38,121 nt of DNA, from the IMG/VR virus record IMGVR_UViG_2563366897_000009. One strand, given 5' to 3'. The position numbers were made by a program, and so were the translations under genes. Position 1 is the stretch's first letter. Each line of letters begins with the position of its first letter. The notes beneath the pieces are model-generated. The model saw only the letters and a program-made list of their open reading frames with translations, had not been told where the DNA came from and did no database searches. Positions 28,388 through 37,125 of this stretch are shown here, piece after piece. The stretch is from a virus. Taxonomy: Duplodnaviria; Heunggongvirae; Uroviricota; Caudoviricetes.

Positions 28388-31231
28388 TCAATCTTTATCG
28401 TAAAAACTGCCACGCCAGGCACGGGCGCGCCGTTCCATTTCTGCCCTGACCATTTCACCGACCAGTTTCGCCAGTTCGCGGGGATTCTGCGTAACAACGT
28501 TATGCAGATGAACATGAATTTCACCACCAAATCCGGAGGCAACAGGCTCCCGGTTACGGGAAGTTACAGGAACTGATGCCACTGGAGATCGTATAGCCTC
28601 CGCCACCGGGCGGGAGCTGGCCGCAACAACAGGGACCAGCGCCGGAGGCAGCGGAGCCGGGAGCACGGGTGTGATATTAATTGCGGGGGCAGGCTTACTG
28701 GCCTGCGCAATCTTCCGCTCCTGCCACTCCCCACGAACAGCAAGTGCGCGGGGCAGGTTCTTAAAGACAATATCGCCGGGGCCAATGCGTTTTTTCGTCT
28801 CATCAACCAGCTTACCTGTGTTATCAGCAATTTTGCTGAGTCTGCGTAGTGTACCGGTATTGCTGTCTGTGAGCGGTTTGTTGTCTTTGGGTTTATCACC
28901 TCCGGTGCCATTGCCATTTTCCACAGGCTTCGGCGGATTGATTTTCGCCAGGTCCCCCTGAAGCAAGGCAACCTTGTCCTGAAGAATGGCCGCACGCTGT
29001 GCGTCTTCGATTTTCTTTCTCGCCCTTTCCGCTTCATCCGGAAGAACACCGAGTTTTTCAAGTATCCACGCCAGCGTATCCAGCAACATTTTTGCAGGCG
29101 TCAGAACAAGCTGTAACGCGCCACCAAGAACGTTACCGAATATCTCGCCAGCACTGGTACATTTATCCAGCGTTTCCTTGCTGGACTCCATCGGTGACAG
29201 CAGCGATTTAAACCAGTTAAACACCTGGCTGATCCCGCTTCCGATTGCGTCAAAAACAGGACCAAACTGTTCAAAGGTTTCGCGCAACGGGATCAGCCTT
29301 TCCATAATCCCGCTGAACACCCCGGCAAAAAATGCCCTGATGGGATCCCAGTATTTCCAGATAAGAACGGCAGCTCCGGCAAGCGCAGCCACGATAAGAC
29401 CAACCGGACTGAACAGCGCCCCGATAGCACCTCCCAGCAAAGAAACGGAACCCGTCACCATTCCCCATAGTGCTGGCAGGACCCTGACAGCATTCATTGA
29501 TCCGGTCAGGAGAGAAAAACCAAGACGCAGTTTTGCCAGCGGGCCAGCAAGCACACCAATAGCCAGCGACAACGAGCCAACCGTTGCAGTCATTGCCAGC
29601 AACGCACCGCCTGCTATCAGTAGCTGGCGCGTCAGTGTCGGATGGGCCTGCGCCAGCGCCGTCACCCTTGATACCACCCGTGTGAGCCACTGCGTGACAG
29701 AACGCAGCGGACCGTCAATCAGATCTGCAATGCGGATGCGCAACCCTTCCCATGCACTGCCGAGTGATTTCAGATCGCCGTCAAGGTTGTTGGCCATAAC
29801 CTTTGCTGTGCGTTCAGCCTCACCGCGTGCGCCTTCAAGTTCTTTTCTCAGTTTAGGTAAGGAACCGTCACCCGCTGCATCAACGAGCGCCATAAACGAT
29901 GTGAAAGCCTCTTCTCCGGCAATGTCCTTAAAGAACGATACCCGGTCAACTTCCCCGTATTTGCGGGTGGCTTTATAAAGGTCGGCCAGCACATCCTCCA
30001 TCGGGCGCATTTTGCCGTTCGCGTCAGAGACTGCCACACCAAGCTCTTTCAGCGCCTCTGCTGCCGCCTTTGGCGGTGATGCCAGACGAGCCAGGCTGGC
30101 ACGCATTGCCGTCCCGGCATCACTTCCCCTGATACCCATATTCGCCAGCACGCCTGCTATCGCTGCGGCCTGCTCCAGCGATATTCCCAGCTTACCCGCC
30201 ACCGGACCTGCATATTTCATGGTTTCGCCCAGTGCGCGAAGGTCAGTGTTGGTACGGGTAAACGCTGCGGTGAGCGTGTCACCGACCCGGTCCATCTGGT
30301 CGGCAGAAAGGCCGAACTGCGTCAGGATGTTTGAGCCAATATCCGCCGTCTCGCCGAGATCCATACCGCCAGCCGTTGCCATGCTCAGTACACCGGGAAG
30401 CGCAGCCTGAATGGCCTGTGGTGTGAAGCCAGCCATTGCAAGAAATGCCTGTCCACTGGCGGCATCTCCAGCGGTGAACTGCGTTTCAGAGCCAAGTTTT
30501 AACGCCTGCTCACGCAGCGCCTTAAACTGCGGGCTGTTTTTGTCGATTCGCGTCAGTGCCTGAACGCGGGACATCTCTTTGCCGAACCCGATCGCAGGCT
30601 GCAAAAAACGCCCGGCAGCATAGCCGCCAGCCGCTGCAGCACCAATTGCCAGCGCACCACCTGTTTTCAGTTTTCCCGCTGTTTCCTGCACGCGCGAATA
30701 CCGCTCACGCGCCCGCGTTACACGCGCAAGCGCCTGCCGTTCGCGTTCAAGCTGGTTGTTGTACTGTTCGGTGCGTCTGATGGCCTGCTGGATGGTGTTA
30801 TCGCTGCCTGTCAGGGAAATGCCGTGGCGTTTCAGCTCTCCGCCAAGTTCCCGCATTTTCTGAATTTCCCGTGTGCGCGATTCATTCAGGCGTTCAAGCC
30901 GGGTGCTTAACTGCTGCATCAGCTTTTGTTGTTTTTCGCTGAGCACTGTACCCGTGCGTTGTAACTGATTAAGGGCGTTAAGCTGGCGTCGTGCTTTCAC
31001 GATACCCGCATCCGCTTTACTGACAGCGTCGCGGGCGCGCTCAAATGAACGCGCCTGACGCTCGAGATTTTTGATCGCCCCCTGCGTTCGCTGGATGGAG
31101 TCACCAAACTGCCTCATCAGGCGGCGGGCGTTTTCGGCAGGCCGGGTCAGCCTGTCAACGGCGCTGAAAGCGACCCGGATATCAAGAGTCTTCATTGTCT
31201 GCATTCCCGCTGCGAAGTGCCGCCCGCTCAC
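28388..31231 (-). CDS. T: tail tape measure protein; start uncertain (GTG 31231, ATG 31204 or ATG 31195)
   Basis: 947 aa, Ala/Gly-rich with coiled-coil and hydrophobic segments. Confidence 0.8.
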   Translation of the reverse strand: MSGRHFAAGMQTMKTLDIRVAFSAVDRLTRPAENARRLMRQFGDSIQRTQGAIKNLERQARSFERARDAVSKADAGIVKARRQLNALNQLQRTGTVLSEKQQKLMQQLSTRLERLNESRTREIQKMRELGGELKRHGISLTGSDNTIQQAIRRTEQYNNQLERERQALARVTRARERYSRVQETAGKLKTGGALAIGAAAAGGYAAGRFLQPAIGFGKEMSRVQALTRIDKNSPQFKALREQALKLGSETQFTAGDAASGQAFLAMAGFTPQAIQAALPGVLSMATAGGMDLGETADIGSNILTQFGLSADQMDRVGDTLTAAFTRTNTDLRALGETMKYAGPVAGKLGISLEQAAAIAGVLANMGIRGSDAGTAMRASLARLASPPKAAAEALKELGVAVSDANGKMRPMEDVLADLYKATRKYGEVDRVSFFKDIAGEEAFTSFMALVDAAGDGSLPKLRKELEGARGEAERTAKVMANNLDGDLKSLGSAWEGLRIRIADLIDGPLRSVTQWLTRVVSRVTALAQAHPTLTRQLLIAGGALLAMTATVGSLSLAIGVLAGPLAKLRLGFSLLTGSMNAVRVLPALWGMVTGSVSLLGGAIGALFSPVGLIVAALAGAAVLIWKYWDPIRAFFAGVFSGIMERLIPLRETFEQFGPVFDAIGSGISQVFNWFKSLLSPMESSKETLDKCTSAGEIFGNVLGGALQLVLTPAKMLLDTLAWILEKLGVLPDEAERARKKIEDAQRAAILQDKVALLQGDLAKINPPKPVENGNGTGGDKPKDNKPLTDSNTGTLRRLSKIADNTGKLVDETKKRIGPGDIVFKNLPRALAVRGEWQERKIAQASKPAPAINITPVLPAPLPPALVPVVAASSRPVAEAIRSPVASVPVTSRNREPVASGFGGEIHVHLHNVVTQNPRELAKLVGEMVRAEMERRARAWRGSFYDKD

Positions 31232-31711
31232 GCCAGCTAACCACTTCGCCGGGCGTCATCATGAAGATTTCGGCGGGCGACCAGTTAAAAATGGCGGCAA
31301 TATCCGCCACAAAGTCTTCTATGTACTCAAAGCACACAACCGTGATCAGGCTTCCGTCGCCTGTTCGTTCTTCCCGCCAGAGTCCGCACCGCTCAAAAAA
31401 TTTACGGCAACCACACATAACTGAATAAAGTCACGGGATGCCATTTTTTTGATCGTCACTTCATCCAGTCGCGGTGATGTCACGCGTGACAGCAGCGTAA
31501 ACATGGATTCCGCTTTCAGATTCAGCACATCAGACAGCGACAAATCTCGCAGAGATCCAGCCTGCTCAATAGCTCCGGTAATCTCCACATACGTGATTTT
31601 TTCGCCGCCTCGCTCAATTGGTTGGGTAAGTTTTACGCCACGCTCACTGGTTTCTTTCACAGTGTCAGCAACGACCGTGTTTTCGTTATCGATGTTTTTC
31701 GTCTCTTTCAT
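31182..31711 (-). CDS. tail assembly chaperone E+E' (product of a programmed -1 frameshift)
   Basis: The 31182..31418 ORF is in the -1 frame relative to E; the canonical P2 slippery heptamer TTTTTTG is at 31394..31400 on the minus strand. Confidence 0.6.
31346..31711 (-). CDS. E: tail assembly chaperone E
   Basis: 121-aa ORF between FII and T. Confidence 0.7.
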   Translation of the reverse strand: MKETKNIDNENTVVADTVKETSERGVKLTQPIERGGEKITYVEITGAIEQAGSLRDLSLSDVLNLKAESMFTLLSRVTSPRLDEVTIKKMASRDFIQLCVVAVNFLSGADSGGKNEQATEA

Positions 31712-31765
31712 CAGGAAACTCCTTTCAATCAGAGGCGACGCACTGCGCCGCCTGCATATTACTTA

Positions 31766-32278
31766 TCAGCCAAGCCTAAGCGCGGAACGGATGCGATCGG
31801 GCACAATGTCCTTGCCGTCCTTCCGGTAAATGAAGTTCAGCAGGTCAATCTCCCACAACGGGCGATCGTTAACACTCAGCTTGTAGTAGGTGTTTTTAAT
31901 GGCGTAAGTGTGTGATGTGGCTTCGCCCTGTTTGGCTTCCCCCATATCAATTTCCGTCACACGTCCGCGCATTTCGACTTCATACAGGTCGCTTTCTGCA
32001 TCGGTGTAGTATTCACCCGCAAAACGCAGCAGCGTGCCGTCAATCGTGCCGCCATACTTAAGGAACAGCTCACGAACTGCGCCCCCCATGACAAAGCTCG
32101 CATCAAGCGCGGAGTCGTCCAGACCGAGATCAATACTTACCGCACCCATCATGCCGCCCCCCCGGTAGCTGTCGGTTTTGCGCGTCAGTTTGGGCAGAGT
32201 GACGGACGTCACCTTACCCACTTCGTTTTCACCATCCACAAACAGCGTAAAAAAGCGAAGATGTTTTGGCACAGCCAT
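31766..32278 (-). CDS. FII: tail tube protein FII
   Basis: 170 aa directly after FI; size and position match P2 gpFII. Confidence 0.8.
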   Translation of the reverse strand: MAVPKHLRFFTLFVDGENEVGKVTSVTLPKLTRKTDSYRGGGMMGAVSIDLGLDDSALDASFVMGGAVRELFLKYGGTIDGTLLRFAGEYYTDAESDLYEVEMRGRVTEIDMGEAKQGEATSHTYAIKNTYYKLSVNDRPLWEIDLLNFIYRKDGKDIVPDRIRSALRLG

Positions 32279-33462
32279 CAGGCACCTCCCAGCACCGCAA
32301 ATGCGGGTTCAAAGTATTCATCAGTAAACGTCTGGTAAAGCTCCATGTCTTCCAGTGGCGGAACGGGCGTATATTTGTAGCGAATACGCACACGTCCCTG
32401 ACGTAAATCCGTGGTGCTGTTATCCACCACGTCATACCAGCACTCCGCGCCAATCAGTTTCCCGGCAGTAACCAGTGAATCCAGTTTTGCCCTGATGGCA
32501 CTGATAACATCCTTCACGTTCGCAGGCGTCAGTGGACTGTCGATGGTTTCAAACTGCGCTTCTGCAATTGAATCAGCCAGCACCTGTGCGGTTCGGGTAT
32601 ACACCTCAAAGATGTAGGCGTTCGTTTCCGGTGTGCGGTTGCCCCAGAAGCGGAACCCGTTGCGACGAATAATGGTCGTGATTTCTTTGTTGTTGAGGCT
32701 GTTGGCATCGCTGTCTTCGGCCTGCAACGACCAGAACACATGCCTCGACATCCCCAGCACATTTTTAACCGGAACGTTGGACAGTGATTTGTGCCATCCC
32801 TGCTCATGGTCAATGTACGCACGAAGGCCGCACGCATAGGCAGGCGCGGGGAACGTTTCGTTTTTGCCACTTTTCGGGTTGTAGGCGATGAAGTCCGGCC
32901 ATAAGAGCATCACCTCACGTTCGTTGAATTTCTGGCGGTAGGTAATCGCCTCAGCCATCGTGTTACAGCCGTGACATGAGGCATACACAAACGCGCGCAG
33001 TTTACCCGCAATCACGCACAGGGATTTTGTTACCGCCTCCGTGTCCAGCTCCGGCGCGGCCAGAATACGCGGACGGTATCCGATGCTTTCATCCTGCTCT
33101 GCAACAAGCAGCGCATACATCCCCGTATAGCTGCCGTCAGATTCAGAACCACCGATAACCAGTTGATCCTGCGTCTTTCCGTCTTCTTCTTTGTGTTCAG
33201 CCACGCGAACGACGATCACCTTTGTGCTCACCTGGTCTGCAATGGCCTTAAGCGCACGATAAAGCGTCCCCGTTGTCCCGCATTTTCCCAGCACGTCATT
33301 GACGCGGGTCAGCAGTGTGGGCTTGTTCAGCGGGAACAGCTTCGCGTCCGCATCATCCGCCGTTGCCACGATACCGATAACGCTGGAATCAACATCGTTA
33401 ATCGCTGTTACCAGGTCGGTATTTTCCGTAACACGGGCACCATGAAAACGAGTTTCACTCAT
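32278..33462 (-). CDS. FI: contractile tail sheath protein FI
   Basis: 394 aa; conserved blocks shared with P2 gpFI as recalled (DQEQGWHKTLSNV, GFRFWGNRT, YTRTAQV, YTPVPPLE). Confidence 0.85.
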   Translation of the reverse strand: MSETRFHGARVTENTDLVTAINDVDSSVIGIVATADDADAKLFPLNKPTLLTRVNDVLGKCGTTGTLYRALKAIADQVSTKVIVVRVAEHKEEDGKTQDQLVIGGSESDGSYTGMYALLVAEQDESIGYRPRILAAPELDTEAVTKSLCVIAGKLRAFVYASCHGCNTMAEAITYRQKFNEREVMLLWPDFIAYNPKSGKNETFPAPAYACGLRAYIDHEQGWHKSLSNVPVKNVLGMSRHVFWSLQAEDSDANSLNNKEITTIIRRNGFRFWGNRTPETNAYIFEVYTRTAQVLADSIAEAQFETIDSPLTPANVKDVISAIRAKLDSLVTAGKLIGAECWYDVVDNSTTDLRQGRVRIRYKYTPVPPLEDMELYQTFTDEYFEPAFAVLGGA

Positions 33463-33619
33463 AGCTTCAGCCCCTTGTATCCGTTAAATGATTCGGCAAC
33501 AATCATCACCCACCACGCGCGTAATCTCACCCCTGCGCCGTTCTCCCGACCCGGCGACAACAAAAAGCAGTAACCCCCTCCGCACGCACATGCGACCATG
33601 CCGCACAGGGAGGGAACAG
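33463..33619. promoter_or_regulatory. divergent promoter region between FI (minus) and D (plus)
   Basis: 157-bp gap between two divergently oriented late genes; one boundary of the inverted tail block. Confidence 0.3.
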
Positions 33620-34729
33620 ATGACCGACACCACCATGCAATTGCTCAGTCAGGGCACAGACCCCGTGAAAATGCCGGATTTTGATATTCTCGCGGAGGGT
33701 AAAACGCTGTCAGGCGTGGCAGAGCGCCTGATGAGCCTGTCACTGACCGACAACCGGGGATTTGAGGCGGACCAGCTCACCATCATGCTGGATGATGCAG
33801 ATGGTCAGTTGCAGCTACCGCCACGGGGCGCGCACCTGACGGTTCTCATTGGCTGGAAAGGAGAACCGCTGACAGAAAAAGGCACTTACATTGTTGATGA
33901 AATCGCTCACGAAGGACCGCCGGACAGGCTGACTGTTTCAGCCAGAAGCGCAGATTTTCGGGATGAATTTAACGTTAAACGTGAGGTGTCCTGGCATGAT
34001 GTGACCATTGAGCGTGTGGTATCCGCCATCGCTCATCGGTATGGTCTGAAACCGCAAATCAGCGAAATGCTGATGGATATCGAAATCGACCACGCCGACC
34101 AGACCGAAGAAAGCGACATGTCCTTCCTTACGCGCATGGCGGAAATGCTGGGCGCAATCACCACGGTAAAAAGCGGTAATCTGTTATTCATTATGCCAGG
34201 CGGTGGCGTGAACGCACAGGGCCAGCCGTTGCCATCGTTCGCCATCACGCGCAGCAGTGGCGATCGCCATCAGTTCCGCATTGCTGACCGCGAGGCGTAT
34301 ACGGGGGTACGCGCTTACTGGCTTGATCTTAATTACGGGAAAAAGAAAAAAGTCAGCGTGAAACGCCGCAAACCGCCAAAACCCAAAAAGGAGAAAAGCA
34401 GCAGCCGTGAAGGTGATTATATGGAAGGCGCGGAAGGCAATGTGTTTGTGTTACGCAAGACTTATCAGAACGAGCAGGCAGCAAGACGCGCAGCGGCGGC
34501 AAAGTGGCAGCAGCTACAACGCGAAGCCGCATCATTCTCCATCACGCTGGCACGTGGTCGTGCAGAACTCTACCCCGAAATGCATGGCACGGTAACAGGA
34601 TTTAAAAGCGAGATTGATAATCAGGACTGGATTATTGCAAAAGCCGAGCACACCATCGATAACAGCGGCTTTACCACGCAGCTTGAGCTTGAGGCAAAAA
34701 TCCCGGAATGGATAGCAGAAACAGAGTGA
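33620..34729 (+). CDS. D: tail protein D (late control gene D family)
   Basis: 369 aa immediately upstream of ogr; GGAGGG ribosome-binding site. Confidence 0.7.
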   Translation: MTDTTMQLLSQGTDPVKMPDFDILAEGKTLSGVAERLMSLSLTDNRGFEADQLTIMLDDADGQLQLPPRGAHLTVLIGWKGEPLTEKGTYIVDEIAHEGPPDRLTVSARSADFRDEFNVKREVSWHDVTIERVVSAIAHRYGLKPQISEMLMDIEIDHADQTEESDMSFLTRMAEMLGAITTVKSGNLLFIMPGGGVNAQGQPLPSFAITRSSGDRHQFRIADREAYTGVRAYWLDLNYGKKKKVSVKRRKPPKPKKEKSSSREGDYMEGAEGNVFVLRKTYQNEQAARRAAAAKWQQLQREAASFSITLARGRAELYPEMHGTVTGFKSEIDNQDWIIAKAEHTIDNSGFTTQLELEAKIPEWIAETE

Positions 34730-34771
34730 GCAACTTAGAATAGCAGCAGCACCACGTTAAGGGAGGTCGCT

Positions 34772-35032
34772 ATGTTCCGTTGTCCGCTTTGTGGCGCATC
34801 TGCCCGTATCCGCACCAGTCGTCCGGAAAATGATTCAAACACCGTGCGGCAAAAGTATTACCAGTGTAACAACCTGGAATGCGGCGTATGCTTCTCAACA
34901 CTGGAAGCTTTCCATAAATTCACATCAAAACACGCCTCCGGTGTTCACTCTTCAGAAGGTATCCCGTGGCATGAGCTGCCAGCTTCACACAGGGGAAACA
35001 ATCAGATGAGTTTGCCTTTATCTCAGAATTAA
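34772..35032 (+). CDS. ogr: Ogr/Delta zinc-finger late-gene activator
   Basis: MFRCPLCGASARIRTSR...YYQCNNLECGVCFSTLEAF matches the Ogr Cys4 pattern; AGGGAGG ribosome-binding site. Confidence 0.85.
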   Translation: MFRCPLCGASARIRTSRPENDSNTVRQKYYQCNNLECGVCFSTLEAFHKFTSKHASGVHSSEGIPWHELPASHRGNNQMSLPLSQN

Positions 35033-35223
35033 CAGGCAGAATTGCCGGAGTAACAAAAAAGCGATAGATTACGCGCGGGTGCCTTTCGGCTGATGGTCGG
35101 AGGGAATACCCGAAGGCCAGATGTGGAAAGGCCCCGGAAAACATTTCTGTTTAACCGAGGCCCTAACATATCTACCTTAAGCAAGTGATAGGTTAGCGCC
35201 TCTCCAACAAAGGAGCAAGCGCT

Positions 35224-35364
35224 ATGTCGCAAAAATCGCTTACGGCCATCACGTTCTGCGTGACGGTAATCCTCATCATCTGGATGCTGCACGGTTCGCT
35301 GTGTGAAATACGGATGAGCTTTTGGGGAGCGGAGTTTGCGGCGTTCTTACAGTGTAAGCAGTAA
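35224..35364 (+). CDS. Hok/Gef-family type I toxin (46 aa)
   Basis: MSQKSLTAITFCVTVILIIWMLHGSLCEIR...EFAAFLQCKQ: transmembrane helix then the SLCEIR and AAFL signature; AAAGGAG ribosome-binding site; below the ORF-track cutoff. Confidence 0.65.
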   Translation: MSQKSLTAITFCVTVILIIWMLHGSLCEIRMSFWGAEFAAFLQCKQ

Positions 35365-35382
35365 GGAAACCGCGACGGGGGA

Positions 35383-35404
35383 GTAATCCCCCGTCAATCG
35401 GTTG
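35383..35404 (+). terminator. hairpin at the 3' end of the hok-like mRNA
   Basis: GACGGGGGA-GTAAT-CCCCCGTC: 8-bp GC-rich stem just downstream of the toxin stop. Confidence 0.4.
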
Positions 35405-35626
35405 CTAGGGTAAGGTCGATAAGGCACCCTATCTCACAGCTCTAAATGCAAAAATTCCATGAAACTGTGGGATTTTTGCATCACATACTGATACAGACCA
35501 GCCCTTCTATATGCCTCACTCTATACCAGCTAATCAATTGACACTTATCAATAAAAATAAATCTGATAAAATCAAAATGTTTTGTAACAAATATCAACTC
35601 GTATTAATCCAAAGGAGGCGGATTAC

Positions 35627-35959
35627 ATGGCATTAATCAAATGTCCTGAATGCCAGAAAGAGGTGAGCGATTCAGCATTGTATTGCCCTGCTTGTGGTAA
35701 ACAACTGCAAAAACTTAAGCGTTCATTTTTTGGACGGATCATTAAGTGGGTTTTTATATTATTTAATATTTTTATGATCTATACGCTTTTAGTTGGAATA
35801 GGAGGCACTAGTGAAATAATAAATAATGCCACATCCGATGCCGAAAAAGCCGGTGCAGTTATTGGTACAGGCTTAGGTTTAATTACCATTGGAAGCTTAT
35901 GGGTTATTGGCGATATCATTATCGGAATTTTAGTATTTCTTACTAAACCAAAGGGATAA
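35627..35959 (+). CDS. zinc-ribbon membrane protein (cargo)
   Basis: 110 aa; N-terminal CPEC...CPAC zinc ribbon followed by two hydrophobic helices; AAGGAGG ribosome-binding site; AT-rich. Confidence 0.6.
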   Translation: MALIKCPECQKEVSDSALYCPACGKQLQKLKRSFFGRIIKWVFILFNIFMIYTLLVGIGGTSEIINNATSDAEKAGAVIGTGLGLITIGSLWVIGDIIIGILVFLTKPKG

Positions 35960-35963
35960 TAAA

Positions 35964-36857
35964 ATGAAAAATATAATTTTTTCTATAGGTGCATCATTTA
36001 TATCAATTAGTGTACTGCCTGTTCACGCAGCAACTGAACATAAGAACTTCAATGCAGTACTTCAGTGCCGAGCAATAGAAAATAATAAAGACAGACTTTC
36101 TTGTTACGATAAGTCAATACAACCGACTCGAACGAAAGTTGCTGAAAAATTCGAAAGCAGAGATCAATGCCCTGATGAGAAAGATGATGATAGACGTTTA
36201 TCTTGTTATGATCGTTTCTTTTCTCCAACATTTACTCCATCTGTAAACTCAAAATCTAAAACGGAAAAGCCAGTAACAACAGAGGCTCAGCAACCAAATC
36301 TTTCTGAGATATCTAAATGTCGTGCAGAAAATGATAAAGAAGCCAGACTAAACTGCTACGATAAACTATTCCCACAGGATAAAATCGCTCAAGCTGAATC
36401 AAAATTAGAGAAAGCCACAGATGTAGGAAAATGGCACACATCCATTACTACATCGCCAATTGATGATTCGAAAAATGTAATTTTATCGTTAGAAAGTGAT
36501 GATTATATCAGAACTCCATTTGGAGAAGCGGTTACTCCTACTCTTTTTATAGCTTGCCGAGAAAAGAAAACCGAAGTATTTCTTAGTTGGGATGTATATT
36601 TAGGCCTTGAACAAACCAGCATGCTTTATCGCCTTGATAAACAGAAAGCAGTTGAGCGAAACTGGCTAGTATCTACAGATACAAAGGCTGTTTTTTATAA
36701 AGGTAATGACATTGATTTCATCCGAAAACTAGCCAACTCAAGCAAAATGTATACAAAAATAACGCCTTATAATGAGAGCCCCGTAAGTGCAACTTTCAAT
36801 TTAAACGGCCTGTCAAACGCGCTAAAACCGCTTCAAGCTGCTTGTAACTGGAAATAG
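35964..36857 (+). CDS. secreted or periplasmic Cys-repeat protein (cargo)
   Basis: 297 aa; signal peptide ending VHA-A; three roughly 45-aa repeats each ending RLSCYD(K/R); AT-rich. Confidence 0.6.
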   Translation: MKNIIFSIGASFISISVLPVHAATEHKNFNAVLQCRAIENNKDRLSCYDKSIQPTRTKVAEKFESRDQCPDEKDDDRRLSCYDRFFSPTFTPSVNSKSKTEKPVTTEAQQPNLSEISKCRAENDKEARLNCYDKLFPQDKIAQAESKLEKATDVGKWHTSITTSPIDDSKNVILSLESDDYIRTPFGEAVTPTLFIACREKKTEVFLSWDVYLGLEQTSMLYRLDKQKAVERNWLVSTDTKAVFYKGNDIDFIRKLANSSKMYTKITPYNESPVSATFNLNGLSNALKPLQAACNWK

Positions 36858-36885
36858 TATTAAATCATGTGGCTTAGCCACAATC

Positions 36886-36929
36886 ACAGATAACACAAAG
36901 CCCGTGAAAACGGGCTTTGTGTTATCTGT
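36886..36929. terminator. long perfect hairpin (19-bp stem) after the cargo operon
   Basis: ACAGATAACACAAAGCCCG-TGAAAA-CGGGCTTTGTGTTATCTGT, about 30 bp past the stop of the 297-aa gene and 12 bp before attR. Confidence 0.5.
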
Positions 36930-36940
36930 AACTCGAAAAT

Positions 36941-36959
36941 GTGGTCACTGCGTGGACAC
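36941..36959. repeat. attR core (right copy, GTGGTCACTGCGTGGACAC)
   Basis: Direct repeat of 11..29 with one mismatch; sits between the last prophage cargo gene and flk. Confidence 0.6.
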
Positions 36960-37125
36960 GCGCTGACATAAATCCTTTTACATCAATAAATTAAGTCATC
37001 ATTTTTTTCATCAACAAGGATTTTCACGTTTGTGTTACCTGTATGAGACGAGAGTTAACCAGACAAGTGTGCCATAATCTCGCGGCCAGGCATACTTGCG
37101 AAGATTTCAGGTATAAGGATACGTA

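Larger units (their letters stand above)
11..36959. mobile_element. P2-like (Peduovirus-type) prophage, apparently complete from attL to attR
   Basis: Full set of P2-order genes (int, C, cox, A, Q, P, O, N, M, L, X, Y, R, S, V, W, J, I, H, FI, FII, E, T, U, D, ogr) between a 19-bp direct repeat; host gene flk follows on the right. Confidence 0.85.

Noticed and set aside
28986-29978. 330-aa plus-strand ORF
   Set aside because: Antisense to the tape measure gene T; Ser/Ala/Pro-rich low-complexity translation typical of a shadow ORF in a GC-rich gene.
31444-31450. A7 run as the E/E' frameshift site
   Set aside because: The canonical P2-type TTTTTTG heptamer at 31394..31400 lies in the correct frame overlap and is the better candidate.
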